64,000 nucleotides of DNA, taken from NCBI GenBank assembly GCA_016182875.1, contig JACPFQ010000004.1:183556-247555 (forward strand). The letters run 5' to 3'. This DNA is from Candidatus Doudnabacteria bacterium. GTDB taxonomy: Bacteria > Patescibacteriota > Doudnabacteria > UBA920 > O2-02-FULL-48-8. The notes under the pieces were generated by a model that saw only the letters and a list, made by a program, of their open reading frames with translations, did not search any database and was not told the DNA's origin. Positions within the stretch are counted from its first letter, which is position 1. Every line of letters begins with the position of its first letter. A program made the position numbers and the translations under genes. Positions 29,625 to 38,610 of this stretch are shown piece by piece.

Positions 29625-30035
29625 ATGACACATTTAGTAAGATGGACACCTTTTCGAGAGCTTGAGAAAGCCTTTGAAGATGACTTCTTCTCAATTGCTA
29701 CTCGAATTCATTCGCCTGCGGTTAATCTCTACGAAACGGAGAACGAAGTCGTGGCTGAGGTTTCCATTCCCGGGATCGATCCAAAAAAGGTAAGTGTGGA
29801 AATCGAGAATAACGTGCTTCATATCCGCGGCGAGGAGTCGTCGGAGCAAGAGGATAAAGGCAGAGACTATTACCGGAAAGAAATAAGGTCTGGAATGTTC
29901 GGCCGCTCGATCGGACTGCCGACTGAAGTCGACGCCGATAAGGTTAAGGCGACCTCGCAAAACGGGATCCTAAAGATCGTCATGCCCAAGAGCGAAAAGT
30001 CAAAGCCCAAGCGGGTGGATGTCGAGGTAAAGTAA
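29625..30035 (+). CDS. Hsp20/alpha-crystallin small heat-shock protein
   Basis: PAVNLYET, IPGID, EIRSGMFGRSIGLP, NGILKI.MPK; AAGGAG SD. Confidence 0.92.
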   Translation: MTHLVRWTPFRELEKAFEDDFFSIATRIHSPAVNLYETENEVVAEVSIPGIDPKKVSVEIENNVLHIRGEESSEQEDKGRDYYRKEIRSGMFGRSIGLPTEVDADKVKATSQNGILKIVMPKSEKSKPKRVDVEVK

Positions 30036-30199
30036 GAATTATTGTCTTTGCGAGCGAAGCGAAGCAATCTCATCCCGAGAAAAGAGATTGCTTCGTCGAC
30101 CGGCAATTCGCCGGTCTCCTCGCAAAGACAGCTTGATGAGTCTACGAAAAAGGTTCGCAGATTCGTTTAGCTAAATAATCACGAAAGGACAAAACAAGC

Positions 30200-32053
30200 A
30201 TGGCAAATAAAATAATCGGCATTGATTTGGGAACATCAAACAGTGCAGCGTCGGTAATGGAAGCAGGCAGCGCGGTGATCATCCCTTCTGCCGAAGGGCA
30301 AACCGCATCGGGCAAGGCGTTCCCGTCTTACGTGGCCTTCTCCAAAGACGGCCAGCTTCTGGTTGGCGAACCGGCGAGGAGACAGGCAGTGACCAACCCC
30401 GAAGGCACGGCGTTTGAATTCAAGCGCAAGATGGGCACCACTCAAAAGTTCACTTTGCAGGGGAAAGAATACACACCGGAACAGCTTTCGGCTTTCTTGC
30501 TTCAAAAAATCAAGAAGGACGCCGAGGCTTATTTGGGGCAGCCAGTGGCCAAAGCCGTGATTACGGTGCCGGCTTACTTTGATGATAGCCAGAGGCTGGC
30601 CACCAAGAACGCCGGGGAAATCGCGGGACTGGAAGTGGTGCGCGTGATAAACGAGCCGACAGCCGCGGCGTTTGCCTATGGCATCGACAAAAGCCACCAG
30701 GAGCAGAAAATTCTGGTGTTTGATTTGGGCGGCGGCACGCTTGATGTGACGATCATGGACTTTGGCGAGGAAAAAGGCCAGGCGACATTTGAGGTGCTTT
30801 CGACCTCAGGCGATACGCAGCTTGGCGGCAAAGACATGGATGCGGCTCTAATCAACTTCGTAGCGGAAGAGTTTAAACGGGAAACTGGAATTGATTTGAA
30901 TTCCGACAAAATGGCCATGAATCGCGTGCGCGAAGCCGTGGAAAAAGCCAAAATCGAGCTTTCGACTGTTTTGGAAACTGATCTTAACTTGCCGTTTATT
31001 TCGGCTGACGCGGCTGGTCCCAAGCATCTGAACATGAAAATCACCCGCGCCAAGCTTGAGGAGCTGGTCAAACCCATCATCGAGCGCATGAAGCAGCCGG
31101 TATCGACAGCACTTTCTGACGCCAAGCTGACTCCTCCGCAGATTGGCAAGATTATTTTGGTCGGCGGTCCCACCAGGATGCCGATTGTCCAGAAATTCGT
31201 GGAAGAGTTCATTGGCAAGCAGGTGGAGCGCGGGGTCGACCCCATGGAAGCCGTGGCCAAAGGAGCGGCTATTCAGGCGGGGGTTTTGTCAGGCGATGTT
31301 TCTGGAAAAGAAATTTTATTGCTTGACGTCACTCCATTGACCTTGGGCCTGGAAACTCTGGGCAGTGTGGCTACGCCGTTGATTGACCGCAACACCACCA
31401 TTCCCACTTCCAAATCGCAAGTTTTTTCCACTGCGGCGGACAACCAGACCTCGGTTGAGATTCATGTGGTCCAGGGCGAGCGGCCTATGGCGGCGGACAA
31501 CAAATCTCTGGGCAGATTTCATCTTGACGGCATTCCGCCGGCGCCAAGGGGGGTGCCGCAGGTCGAAGTCACGTTCGATATTGACGCCAACGGCATTCTG
31601 CATGTGACGGCAAAAGACAAGGCGACGAGCAAGTCGCAGAAGATCAGCATCACCGGCTCAAGCAATCTTTCCAAAGATGAAATCGAAAAGATGAAGAAGG
31701 AAGCCGAGATGCACGCCGAAGAGGATCGCAAGCGCAAAGAGACTATAGATATGAGAAATCAGGCTGACACGTTGATTGCGGTTTCCGAACGGACGCTCAA
31801 AGACGCCGGTGATAAGGTAATAGAAGCTGACCGCAAGGCCGTGAATGAAAAAATCGACGCGCTTAAAGCCGCAAAGGGTGAAGACGATGTCGCGGCCATA
31901 AGGAAAGGGATGGACGAACTTTCGGCTGCCATTCAAAAAGTAGGGGCGGCTATGTACCAGAGTCAGAAAACAGATAACAGCAAGCAGGAAACAGGTAAGA
32001 GCCAACAAGGGCCGGTGGATGCTGAATTCAAAGACGTGAGTGATAAAAAGTGA
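30200..32053 (+). CDS. dnaK: molecular chaperone DnaK
   Basis: [46 protein letters not shown]. Confidence 0.98.
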   Translation: MANKIIGIDLGTSNSAASVMEAGSAVIIPSAEGQTASGKAFPSYVAFSKDGQLLVGEPARRQAVTNPEGTAFEFKRKMGTTQKFTLQGKEYTPEQLSAFLLQKIKKDAEAYLGQPVAKAVITVPAYFDDSQRLATKNAGEIAGLEVVRVINEPTAAAFAYGIDKSHQEQKILVFDLGGGTLDVTIMDFGEEKGQATFEVLSTSGDTQLGGKDMDAALINFVAEEFKRETGIDLNSDKMAMNRVREAVEKAKIELSTVLETDLNLPFISADAAGPKHLNMKITRAKLEELVKPIIERMKQPVSTALSDAKLTPPQIGKIILVGGPTRMPIVQKFVEEFIGKQVERGVDPMEAVAKGAAIQAGVLSGDVSGKEILLLDVTPLTLGLETLGSVATPLIDRNTTIPTSKSQVFSTAADNQTSVEIHVVQGERPMAADNKSLGRFHLDGIPPAPRGVPQVEVTFDIDANGILHVTAKDKATSKSQKISITGSSNLSKDEIEKMKKEAEMHAEEDRKRKETIDMRNQADTLIAVSERTLKDAGDKVIEADRKAVNEKIDALKAAKGEDDVAAIRKGMDELSAAIQKVGAAMYQSQKTDNSKQETGKSQQGPVDAEFKDVSDKK

Positions 32054-32130
32054 CACGAAAGTGTCATCCTGAACGCAGTGAAGGATCCCATGAGATTCAC
32101 AGCGAAGCTCAGAATGACAGAAAGGCTTAA

Positions 32131-32427
32131 ATGCAAAATAACCAACCGCAAAACGTCAATATCAAAATCTCAGACGAGATTCTTAAGGGCCAGTATGCGA
32201 ACATGATGATGATTACGCATACCAAAGAGGAATTTGTGCTCGACTTCATGAACGTCCTCCCGCCGCAGGGGATGGTCGTCAGCCGGGTTATCACGAGCCC
32301 CGGGCATATAAAAAGAATTGTCGCCGCACTTTCGGAAAATCTTAAAAAATACGAGGACCAGTTCGGCCAAATCGTGGAAGCGCCAACACCGTCAAATGCG
32401 GAAATAGGGTTCAAGACCCAGGGCTAA
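32131..32427 (+). CDS. DUF3467 family protein
   Basis: GQYANMMMITHTKEEFVLDF, SRVITSPGHIKR, YEDQFG. Confidence 0.8.
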   Translation: MQNNQPQNVNIKISDEILKGQYANMMMITHTKEEFVLDFMNVLPPQGMVVSRVITSPGHIKRIVAALSENLKKYEDQFGQIVEAPTPSNAEIGFKTQG

Positions 32428-32428
32428 T

Positions 32429-32577
32429 ATGCCAGGTACTGAAATTTTGACCCGCGATTATGTTTTTCAGGTAAAGAACCCTCAATCAAAAACATATCGC
32501 GATATTAATTTTCGACCAGGCATAAGAACAGGCCTTAAGTGGTCGAATAATTAAGTCAAATTTCTAGTACCTGGTAT
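32429..32577. mobile_element. ~150-bp MITE-like palindromic element
   Basis: Termini ATGCCAGGTACT / AGTACCTGGTAT with internal TTCGACCA/TGGTCGAA pairing; partial copy at 3628-3714. Confidence 0.65.
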
Positions 32578-33469
32578 GCAAAAAATTAAGATTTACTCTC
32601 TCGGCGCTGTCTGCCTGCTCTCGCTCTTGTTCGACTGGTGGCTCATCAACCTGGCTTTGTACAGCGGCAGGCCGTTGACTTTTTGGCTCTGGCCAATTCT
32701 ACTAAGCTTGGTTTGGGCCGCGGTTTTGAGTTTATTTTCCCTGGCCAACTACCAGAAGTGGCTGTTCCAAGCCTTGATTGCCGGAGGATTAATCGCCTAT
32801 CTGGCAGTCTTTCCTTCGGATAAATTTGTCTGGTTGGGCGGAATGCTGTTTTTTATCCTAGTTTACCTTTTTGAACATCGAATCAAATCGTTGGGAAAAA
32901 ACCAATCGCATTTTTCCATCAGGCACTTGGTTGGAAGCAGCATCATAATTTTGAGTTACGCGTTTTTGCTTTTATTGGGCTTCAATATTTACCATAATAC
33001 TTCGGAAGACTTCAAGCGGAATCCGGAACAGTTTTATAATCGTCTCGGAGAATCCACCGCCAAAAGCTTCCGGGCATCAGGGCGATTGGGCGAGCAGTTT
33101 AATTTCAACCAGTCACTTGACGAGTTTTTGGTCAAACAGGCAGCAGAGGAAGATCGAGGCAATTTTGATTTAACGGCTACTCGTGAGGAATTATTAAGGC
33201 GATTTGGGATTAATGCTTCCGGTTCAGAAACCCTGGCGGAAATTTTTGCTCGCGCCGCCACTGACCAAGTCAAGGATATTGCCTCCAAATACGAACGCGT
33301 CTTTCCGTTAATCTTTACGGTCGTGGTCATGGCCTTATTGCGAACGTTTGCATTTTTATTTAATTGGCTGGCGATTTTTGTAAGCTGGCTTTTGTTTAAA
33401 ATTTTGCTGGCAGTTAAGTTTTTTAGAATCAGTAAGGTGACGGTCGAAGTCGACAAGCTTGAGATTTAA
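32576..33469 (+). CDS. multi-pass membrane protein
   Basis: About 6-7 hydrophobic segments, C-terminal VEVDKLEI. Confidence 0.75.
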   Translation: MQKIKIYSLGAVCLLSLLFDWWLINLALYSGRPLTFWLWPILLSLVWAAVLSLFSLANYQKWLFQALIAGGLIAYLAVFPSDKFVWLGGMLFFILVYLFEHRIKSLGKNQSHFSIRHLVGSSIIILSYAFLLLLGFNIYHNTSEDFKRNPEQFYNRLGESTAKSFRASGRLGEQFNFNQSLDEFLVKQAAEEDRGNFDLTATREELLRRFGINASGSETLAEIFARAATDQVKDIASKYERVFPLIFTVVVMALLRTFAFLFNWLAIFVSWLLFKILLAVKFFRISKVTVEVDKLEI

Positions 33470-33508
33470 GATTTAAGATTAAGGATTTAGGATTAAGGTT
33501 AACTTACT

Positions 33509-34639
33509 ATGGCCAAGGACTATTATTCAACTTTAGGGGTTTCGAAGACCGCGAGTCCGGAAGAAATCAAACGGGCGTATCGCCGTTTGGCGCATGAGCA
33601 TCATCCGGACAAAGGCAACGGCAATGAGGAGAAGTTTAAAGAAATAAATGAGGCGTACCAGGTGCTTTCGAATCCGGAAAAGAGACAGCAGTACGACCAG
33701 TTCGGGACTGCCTTTGACAGCCGGGCTGGGGCGCAGGGATTTAGCGGTTTCGACCCCAATGACTTCATGCGAGGGTTTGGTTTTTCGGGCTCTGCGGATT
33801 TTGAGGACGCATTCGATATTTTTTCGGACATGTTTGGAAGGCCTGCCAGAACCAGGGTCCGGCGCGAACGAGGCGTCGATTTGGAGATGGAAATCAATTT
33901 GTCTTTCGAGGAAGCCGTTTTTGGAACCGAAAAGGATATTTCCCTGGAAAAGCGGGATGTTTGCCAAAGATGCAAAGGAAGCGGGGCCGAAGTTGGAAGC
34001 AAAGTCAGCACCTGCCCCAAGTGCCACGGAACCGGGCAAATCAGGACTTCCCGAAGAACGATTTTTGGGCAGATTGCGCAGGTTGCCGCCTGCGACGAAT
34101 GTGAAGGAAGCGGCAAAGTCGCGGAAATCGTCTGTTCAGAATGTCAGGGCAGCGGGATAGCAAGGCGAACCAAGCGTTTGAAGGTAAAAATTCCAGCCGG
34201 GGTGGATGACGACTCGAGGCTTCGAATTCCTGGTGAGGGCGAAGCTGGGTACAAAGGTTCAAACTTTGGCGACCTTTACCTGCGAATTAATGTCGCGCCC
34301 CATTCTACCCTGCAGAGAGAAGGGTTCAACATTTTATCCGAGCTGCCTTTGAGTTTTTATCAGGCCGCACTCGGGACTCAAGTGGAAGTGGAAACAGTCG
34401 ACGGCAGAGTCAATCTGAAAATCCCAGCAGGCACTCAGTCGGAGAAGACCTTTAGGTTAAAAGGCAAGGGTGTGCCGATCATGGGCCGGTCCGGCCGAGG
34501 CGACCATTTGGTTACAGTGCACGTAATAACGCCCACGAAACTCACGAAAAAAGAAAAAGAATTGTTCAAAAAGCTGGCGGGAGAAAACGGCGAGTCCGTG
34601 GACGTGGACGAAAGCTTTTGGGGTAAGTTTAAGTCTTAA
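33509..34639 (+). CDS. dnaJ: chaperone DnaJ
   Basis: J-domain HPD, four CxxCxGxG repeats, G/F-rich region. Confidence 0.97.
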   Translation: MAKDYYSTLGVSKTASPEEIKRAYRRLAHEHHPDKGNGNEEKFKEINEAYQVLSNPEKRQQYDQFGTAFDSRAGAQGFSGFDPNDFMRGFGFSGSADFEDAFDIFSDMFGRPARTRVRRERGVDLEMEINLSFEEAVFGTEKDISLEKRDVCQRCKGSGAEVGSKVSTCPKCHGTGQIRTSRRTIFGQIAQVAACDECEGSGKVAEIVCSECQGSGIARRTKRLKVKIPAGVDDDSRLRIPGEGEAGYKGSNFGDLYLRINVAPHSTLQREGFNILSELPLSFYQAALGTQVEVETVDGRVNLKIPAGTQSEKTFRLKGKGVPIMGRSGRGDHLVTVHVITPTKLTKKEKELFKKLAGENGESVDVDESFWGKFKS

Positions 34640-34692
34640 ATCAATTCACTCTAGAAAAAAACCCGCAAAACGCAGGGTCATGCGGGGTAACT

Positions 34693-35355
34693 TTATTGTT
34701 TCAGAACATCGCGCATTGAATACCATCCGGTCTTGCCGGCTACCCAATTTGCTGCCAACAGCGCTCCTTGTGCGAAGGCTTTACGATCCTTGGCGGTGTG
34801 GGTCAGCTCGATGGTGTCCGACGGACTGTCGAACCCCACCGTGTGGATGCCGGAGATTGAGCCAGCTCGCGTGAATGAGACGTCGATGGCGCGATTGAAG
34901 CCAGCCTGTGTCATGGTGTTGCGAAGCATCAAGGCGGTGCCTGAGGGCGCGTCTCGCTTGGCCGCGTGGTGCGCTTCATATATCCATGCGCCGTATTGCG
35001 GCTGAGCCTGGAGCAGCCTCGCGGCCTCTGCCACGACCATCTGAAAGAGGTTGACGCCAATGGAGAAGTTCGGGGCAGCCACTACGCCCAGCCCGGCATG
35101 TTCTGCCTCGGTGCGCAGTCGGCTTTCATGCTCGGACCATCCCGTCGTCCCGATGACGACGTGCAGTTTCCGTTCCGCGTACTGTCCAAAATTGGCAATC
35201 AGCGCTTCAGCAGTGGAGAAGTCGATTGCCACGTCCGCCCGGTTCCACTCATTCCGTTCTCGGTTGACGCGGCCTACTACTTCGAAACCCTGTTCCGTAG
35301 CCAGCTGATCTATTAGCCGGCCCATCTTGCCGTATCCGACAATCAGGATTTTCAT
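34693..35355 (-). CDS. dapB: 4-hydroxy-tetrahydrodipicolinate reductase
   Basis: GYGKMG, AIDFS, VIGTTGW, APNFSIGV, EAHHAAKRDAPSGTA. Confidence 0.93.
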   Translation of the reverse strand: MKILIVGYGKMGRLIDQLATEQGFEVVGRVNRERNEWNRADVAIDFSTAEALIANFGQYAERKLHVVIGTTGWSEHESRLRTEAEHAGLGVVAAPNFSIGVNLFQMVVAEAARLLQAQPQYGAWIYEAHHAAKRDAPSGTALMLRNTMTQAGFNRAIDVSFTRAGSISGIHTVGFDSPSDTIELTHTAKDRKAFAQGALLAANWVAGKTGWYSMRDVLKQ

Positions 35356-36197
35356 CTTTTGCTCCAGAAAAACGGGGCGCACAGAGGCGGCCGATACACG
35401 GGCTCCATCAGACCCCGCATGCTCATTACCACTTTCACCGGGATGGGGTTGGTCTCCACGAACAGCGCCTGAACGAGCGGGAACAGTTGGTAGTTGATTC
35501 GCCGCGCCGTCGCCCAGTTGCCGTCGAGCGCCGCATACACCATGTCCACGGTTTCGCGAGGCATGGGGTTTGAGATCACGGAGATCACCCCGTGTCCGCC
35601 GATGCTGATGAGCGGCAGCGTGAGCGCGTCGTCGCCGGACAGATACGTCAGGCGGTCGCCGCAGAGCTGGATGTCAGTCATCATCTGATCGAGCTTGCCG
35701 GTCGCTTCCTTGACGCCCACGATGTACGGATGTTCCGACAGCTCGGCCAGGGTCGGCGGCAGCAGGTCCACGCCCGTACGCGACGGGATATTGTACACGA
35801 TCACGGGCAGGCCGACATCGGCAATTGCGCGGAAATGGGCCAGGAGGCCAGCCTGGGTAGGCCGATTGTAGTACGGTGTCACCACCAGGCAGCCGTCAGC
35901 ACCCGCCTCCTTCGCGTGCTGGGTCAGGCTGACTGCCTCGGCCGTGGCGTTTGAGCCAGTGCCGGCGATGACCGGCACGCGACCCGCGGCTTCTTCGATT
36001 ACGATTTCGGTAACCCGCCGCTGCTCGTCGTGAGAAAGCGTCGGGCTTTCGCCGGTCGTCCCGCAAGGGACGAGGAAATCGATACCCTGCGCGATCTGCC
36101 AGTTCACCATGCGCCGCAGGACTGTCTCATCCACCGAAAGATCCGGGTCGAACGGCGTGACCATGGCGGTCCCGCAACCCTTAAATGTGCGCTTCAT
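35352..36197 (-). CDS. dapA: 4-hydroxy-tetrahydrodipicolinate synthase (C-terminal helix appears shortened)
   Basis: TAMVTPF, GTTGESPTL, PYYNRP, YNIPSRTG, GVKEA, SGDD, ETNPIPVK; ATGA overlap with dapB. Confidence 0.92.
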   Translation of the reverse strand: MKRTFKGCGTAMVTPFDPDLSVDETVLRRMVNWQIAQGIDFLVPCGTTGESPTLSHDEQRRVTEIVIEEAAGRVPVIAGTGSNATAEAVSLTQHAKEAGADGCLVVTPYYNRPTQAGLLAHFRAIADVGLPVIVYNIPSRTGVDLLPPTLAELSEHPYIVGVKEATGKLDQMMTDIQLCGDRLTYLSGDDALTLPLISIGGHGVISVISNPMPRETVDMVYAALDGNWATARRINYQLFPLVQALFVETNPIPVKVVMSMRGLMEPVYRPPLCAPFFWSKR

Positions 36198-36296
36198 GTT
36201 CTTCCTCCGATTATGGCTCTGCTCTTCGGCAGCGGAGCTGGTGTCCAGAACTCTCAAGCACAAGCTTTATTACTACTTGCGCCGAAGAGACTTTAC

Positions 36297-36330
36297 ACCA
36301 AGAAAGCCGCCTTCTTTCGAAGGCGGCTTT
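36297..36330 (-). terminator. attenuator terminator hairpin upstream of dapA
   Basis: Minus strand AAAGCCGCCTTC-GAAA-GAAGGCGGCTTTCTT. Confidence 0.75.
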
Positions 36331-36356
36331 AGGTGATTTGATTAGGCTAGAACTGA

Positions 36357-36437
36357 TTAATCAAGACTCACCAAAAAGCTACCTTCAGAGGAAGGCTTCT
36401 TACCGTACTTTTTGCTTGAGAAAGTCTGATTAGTCAT
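36357..36437 (-). CDS. putative lysine-sensing leader peptide MTNQTFSSKKYGKKPSSEGSFLVSLD
   Basis: 26-aa ORF with AAA-AAG-TAC-GGT-AAG-AAG, lying between a sigma70 promoter and the terminator ahead of dapA-dapB. Confidence 0.7.
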   Translation of the reverse strand: MTNQTFSSKKYGKKPSSEGSFLVSLD

Positions 36438-36446
36438 CGTTAGCTA

Positions 36447-36475
36447 ATACTAAATTAAAATTCCGTTGTTGTCAA
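36447..36475 (-). promoter_or_regulatory. sigma70 promoter of leader-dapA-dapB
   Basis: TTGACA-17 bp (ACAACGGAATTTTAATT)-TAGTAT on the minus strand. Confidence 0.7.
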
Positions 36476-36683
36476 TTTGGTGTGGCTTTACAATCACGCT
36501 CGAACGTATTTTAGCAAAAATTTGTAAAAAATGACAGAGAGCCGCGCTATGCGCGGCACAATAGCTGTAATGCGCTCGGGCGCGGCGGAATCCCCCTAAA
36601 TTCCAAAAATAAAAACCAGCAACATTTTCTCCTTTCGAGTGTTGCTGGCCTTGTGGGAGTTGATTAGGAACGAAACCTCTTCG

Positions 36684-37226
36684 CTATTTACTCGCCTCGG
36701 GCATCCCGAAACGAAGCGCCGGACGGACATAGTTTAGGTTGTCGTCGAGACAGTGCCAGTGCTCACCTAGGGAGCCCCGGTACACACCGAGGTATGGAAC
36801 GAACAGGCGACCGTTGTAGTGCTCGACGACCCAGCGCCATCCGAAGACAGCCTTTCCCAGGAAGTATCTCTCGTAAAATTCTTTTCCCCGAGGCCGAATG
36901 ATTTGGAGTTCGAAGAGACCGGCACAGCCGGCGAGGAGGTCGCCTGCCTTGAGCGCTTCGTACACGGCATGGCCGGTAACCCCAGCGTCAGTGTCTTGGC
37001 CTGGCGCAAGCCAAAGTTCGAACCGGGCTGTATAGAACTTTTTCGGACTGGTTTCTTCCAACTCTCGATGCACCCTCTTTCGTACCCAGCTTGGATAGGC
37101 TGGTCGGAGTACTGGCCTGCGGGATTCAATCACAAGCTCGGCACGATCCTCGCAACTCACCTTGATTTCGACTTCTCGTCGGTGAGGATAGTCGTAATCT
37201 GGAGAAAACGTTGGGTCGATATTCAT
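36684..37226 (-). CDS. hypothetical protein with a CLec/DGR-target-like C-terminus
   Basis: AGGAGG SD; ends ...GRLFVPYL....G....HWHCLDDNLNYVRPALRF. Confidence 0.65.
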   Translation of the reverse strand: MNIDPTFSPDYDYPHRREVEIKVSCEDRAELVIESRRPVLRPAYPSWVRKRVHRELEETSPKKFYTARFELWLAPGQDTDAGVTGHAVYEALKAGDLLAGCAGLFELQIIRPRGKEFYERYFLGKAVFGWRWVVEHYNGRLFVPYLGVYRGSLGEHWHCLDDNLNYVRPALRFGMPEASK

Positions 37227-37248
37227 GATAATCCTCCTGTCGAAGAGC

Positions 37249-37902
37249 TTACTCGTCCCGCGAGTCCTTGTTGCGTCCGGCTTCCTCTCCGGGCGCGAAG
37301 AGATCGAGAAGCCCGCGCCCGCGAGCGCTTGCTTCCATCACTCTACGCTCCAGCCTTGCGTCCATTTTGTCCAGAGAAGTGGACGAGTTTGCAACTGGTG
37401 CAAGATCATGCGTTTCGAGCACCTCGCATCTTTCAAGCCAGACTAGCGCCGCATTTCGAGGGTCACTCACCCTCGTTAAATCATGTCGCGCTATAATCTT
37501 GGCTGCGTTCCGTTCCTCTCGTGGGAGCGGATAGGCTGTAGAGAGTTCCAGTGGTCGACCACCCGACTCGCAGCGAACGAACCATCCTCCTTCGTGTTTT
37601 CTCAACTCCGTTTTTTTCGTTAACGAGCGATCCTGCCGCTTGCCAACGGACCTGATTGTGTACATCCGTTTAGGCCAGTCTTCCAGACTTTTTCGGAGAT
37701 CCTGCACCTCCTGTTCTGTTGCGCTGAAGCGAAGAGTACTGTCCTCAATGGGTGGCTTTTCCGTCCCCATTTGATCGAGTATGTTCTGAGCCAGAACGAG
37801 GACTTCGTAGAAGGCAAATGGCTCTAGCCGGAGTATGTATTTTCTCCTCGTTGGCTTAAAAACGCCGACCGCGTGGTCGGTGTTTCGTTTGCGATTTGGC
37901 AA
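37249..37902 (-). CDS. hypothetical protein
   Basis: 217-aa ORF, co-oriented and adjacent to 36684-37226; start uncertain. Confidence 0.45.
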   Translation of the reverse strand: MPNRKRNTDHAVGVFKPTRRKYILRLEPFAFYEVLVLAQNILDQMGTEKPPIEDSTLRFSATEQEVQDLRKSLEDWPKRMYTIRSVGKRQDRSLTKKTELRKHEGGWFVRCESGGRPLELSTAYPLPREERNAAKIIARHDLTRVSDPRNAALVWLERCEVLETHDLAPVANSSTSLDKMDARLERRVMEASARGRGLLDLFAPGEEAGRNKDSRDE

Positions 37903-38045
37903 TACGAATTTAGCCGACCACTGGCCGGCTCTTCTTGGTAGAAGATTGCATTTGCAATAAATTCATATGTTGAAAGTATAATCAAATGACTTTACACTGT
38001 CAAGGCTTGAATATTATTGTTAAATCAGTATAATATCTAAGCACT

Positions 38046-38122
38046 GGGTGCATAGCTCAGCCTGGTAGAGCACCTGCCTTTTAAGCAGAGGGTCGCAGGT
38101 TCGAATCCTGCTGCACCCACCA
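38046..38122 (+). tRNA. tRNA-Lys(TTT)
   Basis: GGGTGCA...TGCACCC-ACCA acceptor, anticodon loop CTTTTAA, GGTTCGAATCC T-arm. Confidence 0.95.
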
Positions 38123-38280
38123 AGTATCTCTTATTCGAATGACAGGGTTATTTGCGATCTTGTTTCGACAAATATAATCAAGCGGTTCGTTTAATTCCGC
38201 TTGTGTAATTCTGCCATCTCGCATGTAAAGTTTTTTGAATATAGTTTTAGCCAAGAGAGCCTTCAATTCTGGTTCTTTTC
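38123..38280 (-). pseudogene. probable C-terminal remnant of an integrase/serine recombinase reading into the tRNA
   Basis: KALLAKTIFKKLYMRDGRITQAELNEPL resembles large serine-recombinase C-tails. It points into the tRNA 3' end and has no N-terminal part. Confidence 0.45.
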
Positions 38281-38610
38281 TGGTGGGGCTGCTGCCGATA
38301 TGTCCACGGCTGCACCTACATGGAAAAGGTGTAAAATCAAAGAGCGGATTAAATTCCGCTCTTTTTTTCTAATCTGACGGGAATAGCAAGCGAGAGGAAA
38401 ACCCTCTTCGCCTTTCAGCCCTCAATTTTGCTCCAGTTATACTCGGCTGAACTCTTGGTGGATCCGTAAGCCTGGAATTGCTTTTTACCGCACAAGGCGG
38501 ATTTATTGCACAATACTATTTCCAGCCAATAGGCCGAAAAACACCAACTCTCGCCATTCCAAGGGGATTATAACAGGTTTTATAAGCTAGAATATGTGGG
38601 CCAATTTAAT

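Noticed and set aside
36297-36440. Lysine riboswitch or T-box ahead of dapA
   Set aside because: The leader is too short, and I could not find the L-box AGAGGUGC start or the T-box UGGNACC bulge; a leader-peptide attenuator fits better.
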